DNA of 64,000 nt from Nitrospirota bacterium (GTDB taxonomy: Bacteria > Nitrospirota > UBA9217): contig CAWIYV010000014.1 in assembly GCA_963840455.1 (NCBI GenBank), positions 160,001-224,000 of the forward strand, in the 5' to 3' direction. Positions within the stretch are counted from its first letter, which is position 1. The number at the start of each line of letters is the position of its first letter. Below the pieces are notes generated by a model. The model was not told where the DNA came from, did no database searches, and saw nothing but the letters and a program-made list of their open reading frames with translations. The translations under genes were made by a program, and so were the position numbers. Positions 1 to 11,390 of this stretch are shown here, piece by piece.

Positions 1-883
1 CGAGGTCACGGACGATGAGGTGATCAAGACCATCGATCGCCTTCGTGAGATGTACGCCCGCCTCGAGGTGGTGGAGGGTCAGGCATTGGACACTACCCAT
101 ACGGCAATCATCGATTTTGAGGGTTTTCGTGAAGGCAAGTCCATCGCAGGAACCAATGCAAAGGATTACACGCTCATGCTTGGAACCGGGAGTCTGATCC
201 CGGGCTTCGAAGAGCAGCTTATCGGCATGAACAAGGGCGACACGAGGGAGATCAGGGTCGACTTCCCCGCGGATTACAACAACAAGGAACTCGCCGGGAA
301 GGACGCAGCATTCACCGTCACGCTGAAAGAAGTGAAGAAAAAGGTCCTTCCTGACCTGAACGATGAGTTTGCCAAGGATATCGGTGATCACAAGACCGTG
401 GACGACCTGAAGGCCAGGATCAGGGAGGACCTGGAGATCCGGAAGAAGAACGAGCAGGCAGCGGGGCAGCGCGAAGAGATCATGAACAAGCTCGTGGATG
501 CCCACGCCTTCGATGTTCCCGAGGGGATGGTGGAAAAGGAGCTGATGGACATGGCTCGCAGCCAGGCGATGCGTGCTGCGCGGCAGGGTATGGACCTGAA
601 GACCTTCGATGTTGCGCAGTTCCGGCTGACGAACCGCGACCTGGCGGTGAAGCGCGTGAAGGGATTCCTGCTGCTTGATGAGATTGCAGACCGGGAAGAG
701 GTCGAAGTGACCGACAACGAGGTGAATGCGGCCCTCGCCGCCGCGGCCCAGGGAGCAGGCAAGAAACTGGAAGAGGTCAGGAAGTACTACGAGTCCCAGG
801 AGGGCGGCATGGACAACCTGAAGATCAGCCTTATCCATGAAAAGACCCTGTCCCTCTTGCTTTCCAAAGCGAAGAAGGTATAG
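1..883 (+). CDS. tig: Trigger factor, 5'-truncated by the window edge
   Basis: FKBP-like segment IDFEG...LIPGFEEQLIGM...FPADY followed by helical C-terminal domain; directly upstream of clpP-clpX. Confidence 0.95.
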   Translation, partial: EVTDDEVIKTIDRLREMYARLEVVEGQALDTTHTAIIDFEGFREGKSIAGTNAKDYTLMLGTGSLIPGFEEQLIGMNKGDTREIRVDFPADYNNKELAGKDAAFTVTLKEVKKKVLPDLNDEFAKDIGDHKTVDDLKARIREDLEIRKKNEQAAGQREEIMNKLVDAHAFDVPEGMVEKELMDMARSQAMRAARQGMDLKTFDVAQFRLTNRDLAVKRVKGFLLLDEIADREEVEVTDNEVNAALAAAAQGAGKKLEEVRKYYESQEGGMDNLKISLIHEKTLSLLLSKAKKV

Positions 884-922
884 AATACCTCAGGAACAAA
901 GAACATACGACAGGAGAGCATA

Positions 923-1528
923 ATGTCCCTCATACCCATGGTGATCGAACAGACGAGCCGCGGCGAGCGTGCCTACGATATCTACTCGCGGCTCCTGAAG
1001 GACCGCATCATCTTCCTCGGCACGGCCATCGACGACATCGTCGCCAACACGGTGATCGCCCAGCTCCTGTTCCTCGAGGCCGACGACCCGGACAAGGACA
1101 TCTATCTCTATGTGAACTCGCCGGGCGGCGTCGTCACCTCCGGGCTCGCCATCTATGATACGATGAACTACATCAAGTGCCCGGTCTCGACCATCTGCAT
1201 CGGGCAGGCCGCGAGCATGGGCGCACTGCTCCTGTCGGCGGGCACGAAGGGCAAGCGGTTCTCGCTGCCCCACGCCCGCATCATGATCCACCAGCCCATG
1301 GGCGGGTTCCAGGGCCAGGCCACGGACATCGAGATCCACGCACGCGAGATCCTGAAGATGAAGGAGACGCTGAACCGGATCCTGGCGACCGCCACCGGCC
1401 AGCCCATCGAGAAGATCCAGGCCGATACGGACCGCGATTTCTTCATGTCCGGCGAGGACGCGAAGAACTACGGCCTCGTGGACGAGGTCATCACCAAAAA
1501 ACTGCCGCGCGCCGCGAGGGAGAAGTAG
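923..1528 (+). CDS. clpP: ATP-dependent Clp protease proteolytic subunit
   Basis: [39 protein letters not shown] motifs; GGAG RBS. Confidence 0.99.
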   Translation: MSLIPMVIEQTSRGERAYDIYSRLLKDRIIFLGTAIDDIVANTVIAQLLFLEADDPDKDIYLYVNSPGGVVTSGLAIYDTMNYIKCPVSTICIGQAASMGALLLSAGTKGKRFSLPHARIMIHQPMGGFQGQATDIEIHAREILKMKETLNRILATATGQPIEKIQADTDRDFFMSGEDAKNYGLVDEVITKKLPRAAREK

Positions 1529-1532
1529 CGCC

Positions 1533-2783
<1,251 letters not shown>

Positions 2784-2786
2784 CGA

Positions 2787-2885
2787 CCAGTAATCCGTGA
2801 GTAGTAATTGAGAGATTGAGGTTTGTCCTTAATCTCTTTTTTTCTGCTTATCCTGACCACTCATCACTCATTACTCAATTACTGG
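2787..2885. repeat. Intergenic imperfect inverted repeat with 7-bp periodic arms
   Basis: ccagtaat...tgagtagtaattgag pairs with actcatc-actcatt-actcaatt-actgg. Confidence 0.7.
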
Positions 2886-2891
2886 CATATC

Positions 2892-3506
2892 ATGAAGATC
2901 CTTTCCGCCGAATTCGTGACAAGCGCCGCCGGGCTGAAGCAGTTCCCCGATGACAGCAGGCCCCAGATCGCCTTTTCCGGGCGCTCGAACGTCGGCAAAT
3001 CCTCCCTCATCAATGCCTTCCTGAACCGGAAGAGCCTCGTCAAGACGAGCGCGACGCCGGGCAAGACCCAGCTGATCAACTTCTTCCTCGTCAATAATGA
3101 GTTCTACTGCGTCGACCTCCCGGGATACGGCTATGCCAAGGCGCCCCGGAGCGTGGTGGACGCGTGGGCGCCGATGATCGAGGGGTATATCAAGGACTCT
3201 CCGCAGATCCGGGTCGTCGTGGTCCTGCTCGACATCCGGCGGGAGCCCGACGCGCGCGATGAACGGCTCGTCGAGTGGCTTGCGCATTACGGCGTCCCGG
3301 CACTCTACGTGCTGACCAAGGCCGACAAGGTGAAGCGGAGCGAGGCCGCGCAGGCGAGGCAGTCGGTCGCGAAAAAGCTGGGGCTTGCCGGACCGCCGCT
3401 CCTCACGTCGGTCAAGACCGGCCAGGGGATCGTTGAGCTCAAGGCGGAGATCGCGAAAAGACTGAACGAGCGGTCGCCAGGGGCCAGTTGCCCGGAGCCC
3501 GAATAA
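2892..3506 (+). CDS. engB: Ribosome biogenesis GTP-binding protein YihA/YsxC
   Basis: GRSNVGKSS, PGKT, DLPGYG, TKAD motifs; probable start MKILSAEF at 2892; follows clpX. Confidence 0.95.
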   Translation: MKILSAEFVTSAAGLKQFPDDSRPQIAFSGRSNVGKSSLINAFLNRKSLVKTSATPGKTQLINFFLVNNEFYCVDLPGYGYAKAPRSVVDAWAPMIEGYIKDSPQIRVVVVLLDIRREPDARDERLVEWLAHYGVPALYVLTKADKVKRSEAAQARQSVAKKLGLAGPPLLTSVKTGQGIVELKAEIAKRLNERSPGASCPEPE

Positions 3507-3576
3507 ATCCCTTGATGACCGGTCTTTTCTCCTGTATCCTATTTCCTATCTTCTGACTCCTGATTCCTGAGTTCCG
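3476..3576. repeat. Heptamer tandem-repeat arms at engB 3' end and intergenic
   Basis: GCCAGGG-GCCAGTT-GCCCGGA-GCCCGAA, then TCCTGTA-TCCTATT-TCCTATC-TTCTGAC-TCCTGAT-TCCTGAG. Confidence 0.65.
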
Positions 3577-3597
3577 CCGTTCACCGGGGGTGCTTCC

Positions 3598-5127
3598 ATG
3601 GAACTTCTCAAGGTCCTGACCGGTTCGCTCTTCTGGGCGACGACCGTCAGCATAGCCCTGTTCGTGGCGGGCAGCATCGCGACGAACTACCTGGCGAAGA
3701 AGTCCACGCTCCTGAAGCCCATCGCCTCGGGCCTTAAGCTCGTGCTCCTGTTCGTCGTAATCCAGGTGTTCCTGCACCTCGGCGCCGCGGAAGCCTATCC
3801 CCGCATTTCCCGCCAGCTGAGCTTCCTCTCGTGGATCGTCGCCGTCTTCTCTCTTCTGCGCCTGGTCCTGTACATGTACGGCGACCTGTTCGTCGTACGC
3901 TGGAAGAAGGGGAGCTTCCCGGCGGCGTTCAAGAACATCATTACGGCCGTCGTCACAGTCGTCGCGATCCTGATCCTGCTGAAGGAGATCATGGACATCA
4001 ATGTCACGTCCCTGATCGCCACGACCACGGTTCTGACCGCCACCATCGGTCTGGCGTTCCAGAGCACCCTGGCCAACATGCTGGCGGGCCTCACGATCCA
4101 TCTGGAGAAGCCGCTCAAGCAGGGCGATTGGATCGCCGCCGGCGGGCATGAGGGGCATGTGCTGGACATCACGCTCCGCGCGACGCGGATCATCACGCTG
4201 GAGAACAACGAGGTGTTCATACCGAACAGCAAGGTGCTCTCGGAATCCGTGGTCAATTACAGCCTGCCCGACCCGATCAGTATCCAAAAGCTCTCGGTCG
4301 GCGTCGGTTATGACATCCCCCCCAACACCGTGCGCAAGGCGGTCCTGGACGTCCTGGCGACCGTGCCCGGCGTGGACATGAGCTCGCACCCGGCGGTGCG
4401 GTTGACGGGGTACGGTGATTTCGCGGTGAATTACGACGTGCGCTACGCCATCCATGAGTACCACCGGCACGCGGATATCGCGGCCGAGATCATGAACCTC
4501 CTGTGGTACCGATTCAAGCGGGACGGCATCGAGATCCCCTATCCGGTCCGCACGGTCCACCTCAGGGAGGTCACGGCGGAAAGCCTTCGCGCCGAACGCG
4601 AGCGAGAGGTTGCCGAGGTCCTGGCGCTCATGGAGAAGGTGGACATCCTGGCACCGCTGTCGGTCCCGGAACGGCGCCGGCTGGTCGAGGCTGTGGGCGT
4701 CAAGACCTACGCTGCCGGCGAGTGCCCTGTGCGTCAGGGGGAGGCGGGCGATTCCTTCTATATCATCAAGAAGGGGTCCGTGGACGTCATCGTGGAGAAG
4801 GCTGGGGGCGAAGGTGTCGTGGTCGCCACGCTGGCAACGGGGAACCTCTTCGGCGAGATGAGCCTTCTGACCGGGGCGGCCCGGACTGCGACCATCCGGG
4901 TGAAGGAGGATGCCGAGTTCGTGGTCATCGACCGTGAGAGCTTCCGGGACACTCTGGTCCACAACCCGTCCATCGCCGAGTCCCTGAGCCGCATCCTCGC
5001 GGAGCGCCAGGCCGAGCTGGCCGCGCAGCGGGAGAAACTCGATGCCATCACTCTCGAGCGGCGCAAGCGGGACGAATCGGGGAAACTGCTTCACAACATC
5101 AGAGAATTCTTCGGCCTGCACAATTAG
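3598..5127 (+). CDS. MscS-family mechanosensitive channel with C-terminal cyclic-nucleotide-binding domain
   Basis: TM helices, GLAFQSTLANMLAGL, GDWI, IPNS; cNMP motif GEAGDSFYII...FGEMSLLTGAARTAT. Confidence 0.9.
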   Translation: MELLKVLTGSLFWATTVSIALFVAGSIATNYLAKKSTLLKPIASGLKLVLLFVVIQVFLHLGAAEAYPRISRQLSFLSWIVAVFSLLRLVLYMYGDLFVVRWKKGSFPAAFKNIITAVVTVVAILILLKEIMDINVTSLIATTTVLTATIGLAFQSTLANMLAGLTIHLEKPLKQGDWIAAGGHEGHVLDITLRATRIITLENNEVFIPNSKVLSESVVNYSLPDPISIQKLSVGVGYDIPPNTVRKAVLDVLATVPGVDMSSHPAVRLTGYGDFAVNYDVRYAIHEYHRHADIAAEIMNLLWYRFKRDGIEIPYPVRTVHLREVTAESLRAEREREVAEVLALMEKVDILAPLSVPERRRLVEAVGVKTYAAGECPVRQGEAGDSFYIIKKGSVDVIVEKAGGEGVVVATLATGNLFGEMSLLTGAARTATIRVKEDAEFVVIDRESFRDTLVHNPSIAESLSRILAERQAELAAQREKLDAITLERRKRDESGKLLHNIREFFGLHN

Positions 5128-5196
5128 CAGATAATACCTGTTTAAGAAAAAATATTTGTTAAATCGCGCCGGTCTTTCCCGGTACAATGGAGGCCT

Positions 5197-6609
5197 ATGA
5201 GGGAGCTGACACGGGGAGAGGAATTCTACGACGGGACCGCCCTTCTGGGCGATCCCGTGCATGGCTACATCTCGTTCACCACGCCGAAACCGTCGGTCTC
5301 CGAGAAGACGGAGAAGGACCTCATTGACACCGCATGGATGCAGCGGCTTCGCCAGATCTACCAGCTCCAGAGCGCCCGGTGGGTCTATCCGTCGGCGGAG
5401 CATAGCAGGTTCCAGCACTCCCTCGGCGCAATGCATCTGGCGGGCCGATTCGCCCGACATCTGTATCCCTCCCTCAAGGCCGCCGTCCCCGACTGTCCGA
5501 CTGCGAACTTCATTGAAGAGGTCCTCCGCGTTGCCGCCCTCCTGCACGATATCGGCCATGGGCCCTTCGGCCATTTCTTCGACGACAACTATCTTGAGCA
5601 GTTCGAGCTCACCCACGAGAAGCTTGGCCAGCTTATCATCAGGACCGAACTGGGCGACATCATTCATGAGATCCGCAGGAGCCCATCAGGCGAGTTCGCC
5701 AAGCGGGAGCGGCTGGACCCGGACCAGATCGCGTTCCTCATCGGGAAGGGCACCACGGCAGCGTCCAAACAGCCGCGCTGGCTGGTCTTTCTCCAGCCCC
5801 TCCTCTCTGGCATCTACACGGTGGATAACCTCGACTACGTTCTGCGCGATGCCTACCTGTGCGGTGTGGCAGTGGGGCCGGTGGATATCGACCGGCTTAT
5901 GTACTACACGTTCTTCACGGACAAAGGGCTTACGCTCCACAAGTCCGGGCTCACGGCGCTCAACATGTTCCTGAACGCCCGGCTGTACATGTACACCAAT
6001 GTCTACTATCACCGCACGACGCGCGCCATCGACCAGCACCTCAAGGAGCTCTTTAAGGAAACCATGGCGGCCCTGTTCCCCTACAACCCCGCCGAGAACC
6101 TCCATGCCTATCTCGAGCTTACCGACTGGTCGCTCCTCGAGTCGGTCCGGAAGTGGGCACAGGAAGAGGACACATCCACGGCGGTCCTGGGACGCGAATG
6201 GGCGACGATCCTGGCGCGCGAAGTGAAATGGAAGATGGCCTACGACGTCACGCTCTCCATGCGGTACTTCGAAAAGGGGAAAACGCTCATCGACGCGCAG
6301 GAGCTGGTCAAGCGCATTCGCAAGCGGCTCCCCGAGAAGATCAAGGACCTGCAGTTCTGCGTGGACATGGCGAGCCAGGATCCCCGCCCCATAAATCCCC
6401 TTATGATGGGAGAACGCCAGATCTACGTGTTCAATCCGACGACGCGGAAAGTGGAGAAAGAGCCCCTCAAGGACTTCTTCGAATACATACCGGCGCGGGT
6501 GGTGCAGTGCCGGGTGTTCACCTTGAAGCATGCTCACGACCTGCTGCTGGCGGACATCGTTGAGCAGGTCCTGGGCATCCAGGAGGACAGCATCAAGACG
6601 AACGTCTAG
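5197..6609 (+). CDS. HD-domain phosphohydrolase (SAMHD1/dNTPase-like)
   Basis: DPVHGYI, QRLRQIYQL, HSRFQHSLG, LLHDIGHGPF, DNLDYVLRD, VYYH. Confidence 0.9.
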   Translation: MRELTRGEEFYDGTALLGDPVHGYISFTTPKPSVSEKTEKDLIDTAWMQRLRQIYQLQSARWVYPSAEHSRFQHSLGAMHLAGRFARHLYPSLKAAVPDCPTANFIEEVLRVAALLHDIGHGPFGHFFDDNYLEQFELTHEKLGQLIIRTELGDIIHEIRRSPSGEFAKRERLDPDQIAFLIGKGTTAASKQPRWLVFLQPLLSGIYTVDNLDYVLRDAYLCGVAVGPVDIDRLMYYTFFTDKGLTLHKSGLTALNMFLNARLYMYTNVYYHRTTRAIDQHLKELFKETMAALFPYNPAENLHAYLELTDWSLLESVRKWAQEEDTSTAVLGREWATILAREVKWKMAYDVTLSMRYFEKGKTLIDAQELVKRIRKRLPEKIKDLQFCVDMASQDPRPINPLMMGERQIYVFNPTTRKVEKEPLKDFFEYIPARVVQCRVFTLKHAHDLLLADIVEQVLGIQEDSIKTNV

Positions 6610-6723
6610 TTCTGGGGCGGCCGCGGAAACCATGGAGATCGTGATCACGATGAGAAGGACGGCGAAGTACCGGGGACGAACCTGCAGGAGGGCCCCCGCC
6701 GGACCGAGGGGCGGGGGAAAGCC

Positions 6724-8217
6724 ATGACCATCGAGAGAAGGCTCTTCGCGGTCATCCCCCTCGTTGCCATCGCTGTGTGGCTGATCGACGCGGTGATGGA
6801 CGCTTATCTGTTCGGACGGGGCGGCTTCCTCGACGTCGCCTTCTTCGATGTCCCTCTGCAGAAGATCTTTGTCCGCTGGTTCTTCATCCTGGTCTACTCG
6901 GTGTTCGCTGCGGTCCTGATCAGGGTCCTGTCGAAGCAGCGTGAGGCCCAGGGCGAGCTGAAGCGGAATCTCGCCGCCATCGAGGCCTCCATGGACGGGA
7001 TTGCGCTTTTCAACGAGAAACATGAGTACCTCTACCTGAATGGTGCCTACGCCCGGATCACCGGGTACCCGGGCCCCTGGGAACTGATCGGCAAGACCTT
7101 CGCCGCGATCTACGACGAACAGCAGCTGAGATGGATCGAAGGGGTCATCTTCCCTGCCTTGGAACGGGAAGGCAGCTGGCACGGCGAAATGGGCGCCCAC
7201 CGCAAGGACCGGACACTGTTCGACCAGGAAGCGTCCATCACCCGGCTGTCCGACGGCAGCTGCGTCTGCGTCATGCGTGACATTACTGAGCGAAAGGGAC
7301 GGGAGGAGGCGCTCACGCGGTCCGAGCGGTTCCTGAGCACGATCTTCGACAGTATCCGCGACCCTTTCTGCATCTACGATCGGGAATTCCGCATCGTGCG
7401 CGCCAATGAGGCGTACGGGGAGCTCAAGGGCAAGGCGGTGGACTCCCTGCTCGAGGAGACCTGCTACCGGGCTCTCAAGGGCCGGGAAAGCGTCTGCGAG
7501 GACTGCGTCATCCAGAGGACCCTGCAGTCAGGCGATCGCTGCGCCAAGGAAAAGAGCGTTACGCTGAAGAGCGGTGAGACCGGCTGGCTTGAGCTCTATA
7601 CGCATCCTATTTTCGATGCATCGGGCACGGTGTCCTACGTGATCGAATACACGCGTGACGTGACCGACCGGAAGAAGGCTGACGAGGACCGGCGCCGGCT
7701 CATCGAGAAGCTGGAATACCTTTCGAAGATCGACGGACTGACGGGGCTGCTGAACCGGCGGGCGCTGACCGAGCAGATGGAGTACGAGATCGACCGGGCG
7801 CGCCGATATGAGGCGGAGCTTGCCGTCATTCTCTGCGACCTGGACAACCTGAAAGAGATCAACGACACCCACGGTCACCTCATCGGGGACATGGCTCTCC
7901 AGCTCCTTGCCGCGGCCCTGCGCAGTTCGCTCCGGAACGTGGACATTGCCGGCCGGTACGGAGGAGACGAGTTCCTGGTGATCGTCCCCCAGACCTTGGC
8001 CGCGGGAGCCATGAGCATGGCCGAGAAGATCCGGCTGGCCGCGGAACGGACCGAGGTCCGGATCGAAGGCGACATGCGGGTGGCCATCTCCATCAGCATC
8101 GGTGTTGCCAGCCTCGCAGCGCCCCCCGAGGGCATGGACGGCCTCATCAGACGCGTCGATGCGGCGCTGTATGCTTCCAAGAACACCGGCAGGAACAAGG
8201 TCACCCTGGCGCAGTAG
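6724..8217 (+). CDS. Membrane-anchored PAS-PAS diguanylate cyclase
   Basis: Two N-terminal TM helices, two PAS/PAC units (RDITERK, RDVTDRK), RxxD I-site (RNVD) and intact GGDEF. Confidence 0.93.
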   Translation: MTIERRLFAVIPLVAIAVWLIDAVMDAYLFGRGGFLDVAFFDVPLQKIFVRWFFILVYSVFAAVLIRVLSKQREAQGELKRNLAAIEASMDGIALFNEKHEYLYLNGAYARITGYPGPWELIGKTFAAIYDEQQLRWIEGVIFPALEREGSWHGEMGAHRKDRTLFDQEASITRLSDGSCVCVMRDITERKGREEALTRSERFLSTIFDSIRDPFCIYDREFRIVRANEAYGELKGKAVDSLLEETCYRALKGRESVCEDCVIQRTLQSGDRCAKEKSVTLKSGETGWLELYTHPIFDASGTVSYVIEYTRDVTDRKKADEDRRRLIEKLEYLSKIDGLTGLLNRRALTEQMEYEIDRARRYEAELAVILCDLDNLKEINDTHGHLIGDMALQLLAAALRSSLRNVDIAGRYGGDEFLVIVPQTLAAGAMSMAEKIRLAAERTEVRIEGDMRVAISISIGVASLAAPPEGMDGLIRRVDAALYASKNTGRNKVTLAQ

Positions 8218-8283
8218 TAACCGCCGAAATTAGATTCATAGAATAAACAGCGAACGACAAAGAGCCGAGTGAAAAGGAAAAGG

Positions 8284-8466
8284 TTAATCGATCCTTAGAA
8301 AATCAGCCAAAATAGATTGACAATCCACAGAAGATCTGCGGTCTCCCTGAGATCTTCTCTCTTTTCCACTTCTGCGTTCCGAACCCTTATAGTTTGGATC
8401 ATTGTATTTTCGCCGGTCTGCGCCTAATCGGTGATCATTTCCCGACCGGTGTTCTTTCTTTTTCAT
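8284..8466 (-). CDS. Small arginine-rich repeat protein, candidate c-di-GMP binder
   Basis: 60 aa from ATG 8466 with AAAGGGGGG RBS; repeats DRR...YKGSERRSGKERRSQGDRR. Confidence 0.55.
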   Translation of the reverse strand: MKKKEHRSGNDHRLGADRRKYNDPNYKGSERRSGKERRSQGDRRSSVDCQSILADFLRID

Positions 8467-8579
8467 ATGCCCCCCTTTGTCACACATATATAAAATTGCA
8501 ATGCACCCTATTTATCGAATAACATTGAGACGTACTATCCCTTCTCATGTGAATCCCATACCGCTGGATTAGTGATCAA

Positions 8580-8715
8580 GAAGTCTTCTCAGGGCGCTCC
8601 GCTACCCGACCTCGATGATCGACTGGCGGTGGACACCCAGGCGTTTTGCCTCCTTATCCAATACTTGAATCATCCATGCGGGAAAATCGACATTCACCCT
8701 CTTCTGCTCCTGCCT
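8580..8715 (-). pseudogene. Remnant of CopG/BrnA-like antitoxin C-terminus
   Basis: Manual translation RQEQKRVNVDFPAWMIQVLDKEAKRLGVHRQSIIEV then frameshift/stop; no start or N-terminus. Confidence 0.65.
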
Positions 8716-8819
8716 CTCTATAGGCTTCACCAAAAATACTCATCAGAAGGCCAATAGGGTGCTGACTTTTCAAGAGCCATTCTATACCATTCGACGTCAT
8801 CGGCTGTTTAAATAAATAG

Positions 8820-9239
8820 CTATGTTACACTAAAGGTACCTGTTAACACATTGGACTGCAGCCCTGTGCTATCGCTGATATAAATCTCGAACGTGTAATT
8901 CCCTTTTACAGCCGTATCTACGACAGCAGCAATTCCGATAGTGCCTGCCGTGATGCCGGATGCGCCTGTTATAGGGCTTGTATTGGTGGCTATTTGATGC
9001 CCAAGTGAATCATAATAGGTGATGGTAAGTGTTAATATGTTGCCATCTATATCGTTGAAGTCGATTGTTCCTGTAGCTGTTATTGACCCACCGCCCTGGC
9101 CTTGAATTGCCGTGTTCGGGGAATATTGTAAATTGGAAATACCGGGTGCATGCTGCGGCTGCGAAGACCCATCGCCACCGCCACAGCCAAAGGATGCTAA
9201 TGCAAAGGCCACTGCGGTAATGAAAATAAGCTGTCTCAT
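8820..9239 (-). CDS. Hypothetical lipoprotein, beta-rich
   Basis: MRQLIFITAVAFALASFG-C lipobox, GAGG RBS, low GC. Confidence 0.75.
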   Translation of the reverse strand: MRQLIFITAVAFALASFGCGGGDGSSQPQHAPGISNLQYSPNTAIQGQGGGSITATGTIDFNDIDGNILTLTITYYDSLGHQIATNTSPITGASGITAGTIGIAAVVDTAVKGNYTFEIYISDSTGLQSNVLTGTFSVT

Positions 9240-9407
9240 ATTTTCCTCGATTGGTTTCCCTCGTGTCACATAAACAGGAAGAGCTTCACTATGGCCAACC
9301 ATAACACATAATCATTCATTGAAACGGCGGTTTTCCAACTTGTGATCTGCTGTTAGCAGGGTATTGACTTGATCCTGAGATCCTGTCAGAACGGCTGGCC
9401 AGGCTGT

Positions 9408-11237
9408 TCAGCTCATTCTTTGCTTTACCGCCTCCACGATCGCTTTCGCGGATATCCCTTCATACTCCAGCAATTCCTCCGGTTTGCCGCTCTTCGGCAT
9501 GGCGCGGACAGCGAGGCCGTGGACCGGGACCGGGTCTTTTGACAACGCGGTCCGGACCGCGTCGGCGATGCCACCCTCGGCATAGTGGTCCTCCACGGTG
9601 ATGATGAATCCCGTATCGTCGGCCGCCTGGCGGAGGGTCGCCACATCGACGGGCTTCACGCTGTAGAGATCGATGACGCGGATAAGGATGCCTTCCTTCC
9701 TGAGAGCGTCATATGCCTTGAGAGCCTCATGGAGGGTGATGCCCGCGGCCACCACGGTAGCCTTGTCCTTTTTGCTCGAACGTAGGATTTTGCTCCCCCC
9801 GATCCAGAAGGCCTCGTCGTTCCGGTAGAGGATGGGCGTGTCCATGCGTGTCGTGCGCAGATAGCAGATGCCCTGGTGCTTTGCCATCTCTTCGACGAGC
9901 TTCTCCGTGGACACGGCGTCGGACGGGTAGAACACTACGCTGCCGAGGATGGCACGGAACAGGGAGAGGTCCTCGAGTCCCATCTGGGACGACCCGTCCT
10001 CGCCGATGGAAACGCCGGCGTGGGAACCGCAGAACTTGACGTTCGCGTTCGAATATTGGCTCATGCGGACCTGGTCCGCGGCGCGGGTCATGAACGCCGC
10101 GAAGGTCGAGACAAAGGGCACCTTGCTCCGGATCGAGAGGCCGAGCGCCGTGCCGACCATGTTCTGCTCGGCGATGAACATCTCGAAGAACCGCTCGGGA
10201 TATGCCTTCTTGAATATCTCGGCGTAGGTCGAGTTGCTCACTTCGCCGTCCAGCACCACCAGGTCCGGATATTGCGAAGCAAGCCGAGTGAGGGCCGCGC
10301 CGTAGGCATGCCGTGTTGCGACCGGTTTTTCGGTTGTGTACGAGACGGACGCGGCCATAACAGATCTCACCCTCGCAGGCTTCGCCCCCTGCGGTGGCTC
10401 TATCCTTCCCCGGAGCCCCCTGTCCACCGGACCCAGCTCCCGGAGAGCCCGGGCAAGCTCGTCCTTCTTGAGCGCCTTGCCGTGCCAGCCGTTCTTGTCC
10501 TCGATGAATGACACGCCCTTTCCCTTGAGCGTCCTGGCGATGATCATGTATGGCCTGTCGCTCATCTGGGAAGCCTGCTCAAAGGCCGTCACGATCTGCG
10601 GAAGGTGATGGCCGTCGATGACGATAGGTTCCCATCCGAAGGCAGCGACCTTCCTCTTATATATTGAGAGGTCATGGCCGTACATGGTCTCACCGCGCTG
10701 GCCCAGCCTGTTCACGTCCAGGATGCCGACAAGATTGCCGAGCTTGTAGTATGCCGCGATCTCCATGGCCTCCCAGACCGAGCCTTCGGCCATCTCGCTG
10801 TCGCCGAGCAGCACATAGGTCCGGTAGGGGAGCTTGTCGAGATATTTCGCATTCATCGCCATGCCCAGCCCGATGGACAACCCCTGGCCCAGCGACCCGG
10901 TTGCCGCCTCGGTATAGCGGAACGCCGGGGTCGGATGTCCCTCCAAGGGACTGTTGAACTTCCGGAGGGTGAGCAGTTCCTTTTCCGTCACTTTTCCCGC
11001 GGCTGCCCAGATGGCATAGAACAGGGGAGAAGCGTGGCCTTTCGAGAAGATGAGCCGGTCATTGTTCGGGTGGCGGGGATCGTCCAGATCGAACCGGAAC
11101 GTGCCCCCGAACAGAAGGCCCGCCATCAGGTCGGCTGCCGACAGGGACGACGTGGGGTGGCCGGAGCCGGCCTCGGTCGTGGAAACAAGACTGTAGTAGC
11201 GGATAAGCTTTGCCAGACCTTCCAGGTCATTGTTCAT
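9408..11237 (-). CDS. tkt: Transketolase
   Basis: GSGHPTSSLS, SKGHA, TGSLGQG, GDSEMAEG, IAEQNMVG, GEDGSSQM; probable start MNNDLE with GGAGG RBS. Confidence 0.95.
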   Translation of the reverse strand: MNNDLEGLAKLIRYYSLVSTTEAGSGHPTSSLSAADLMAGLLFGGTFRFDLDDPRHPNNDRLIFSKGHASPLFYAIWAAAGKVTEKELLTLRKFNSPLEGHPTPAFRYTEAATGSLGQGLSIGLGMAMNAKYLDKLPYRTYVLLGDSEMAEGSVWEAMEIAAYYKLGNLVGILDVNRLGQRGETMYGHDLSIYKRKVAAFGWEPIVIDGHHLPQIVTAFEQASQMSDRPYMIIARTLKGKGVSFIEDKNGWHGKALKKDELARALRELGPVDRGLRGRIEPPQGAKPARVRSVMAASVSYTTEKPVATRHAYGAALTRLASQYPDLVVLDGEVSNSTYAEIFKKAYPERFFEMFIAEQNMVGTALGLSIRSKVPFVSTFAAFMTRAADQVRMSQYSNANVKFCGSHAGVSIGEDGSSQMGLEDLSLFRAILGSVVFYPSDAVSTEKLVEEMAKHQGICYLRTTRMDTPILYRNDEAFWIGGSKILRSSKKDKATVVAAGITLHEALKAYDALRKEGILIRVIDLYSVKPVDVATLRQAADDTGFIITVEDHYAEGGIADAVRTALSKDPVPVHGLAVRAMPKSGKPEELLEYEGISAKAIVEAVKQRMS

Positions 11238-11316
11238 GGGAACCTCCCTTATCGTCATTCGGTCAGACAAGAATATCGGATCCTGCAGCGACGCACCATT
11301 TGGGCATTGATAGCAG

Positions 11317-11363
11317 ATCCGTCGTTATCACAGATCTGCATCTGTTTTTATCCGTGTCAAAGA
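11317..11363. repeat. Solo right arm of the TTTGACACGGA palindromic element family
   Basis: atccgtcgttatca...atccgtgtcaaaga, complementary to arms at 18411 and 20172. Confidence 0.7.
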
Positions 11364-11390
11364 TTTGCCGGGTATCCCGGGCTGACCAGA

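Noticed and set aside
3439-5667. 742-aa minus-strand ORF and many similar long antisense ORFs (e.g. 20924-22576, 36766-38484)
   Set aside because: Shadow frames opposite clearly identified genes; expected in high-GC3 DNA
8572-8757. 61-aa plus-strand ORF
   Set aside because: Antisense to the antitoxin remnant; no RBS or recognisable motif
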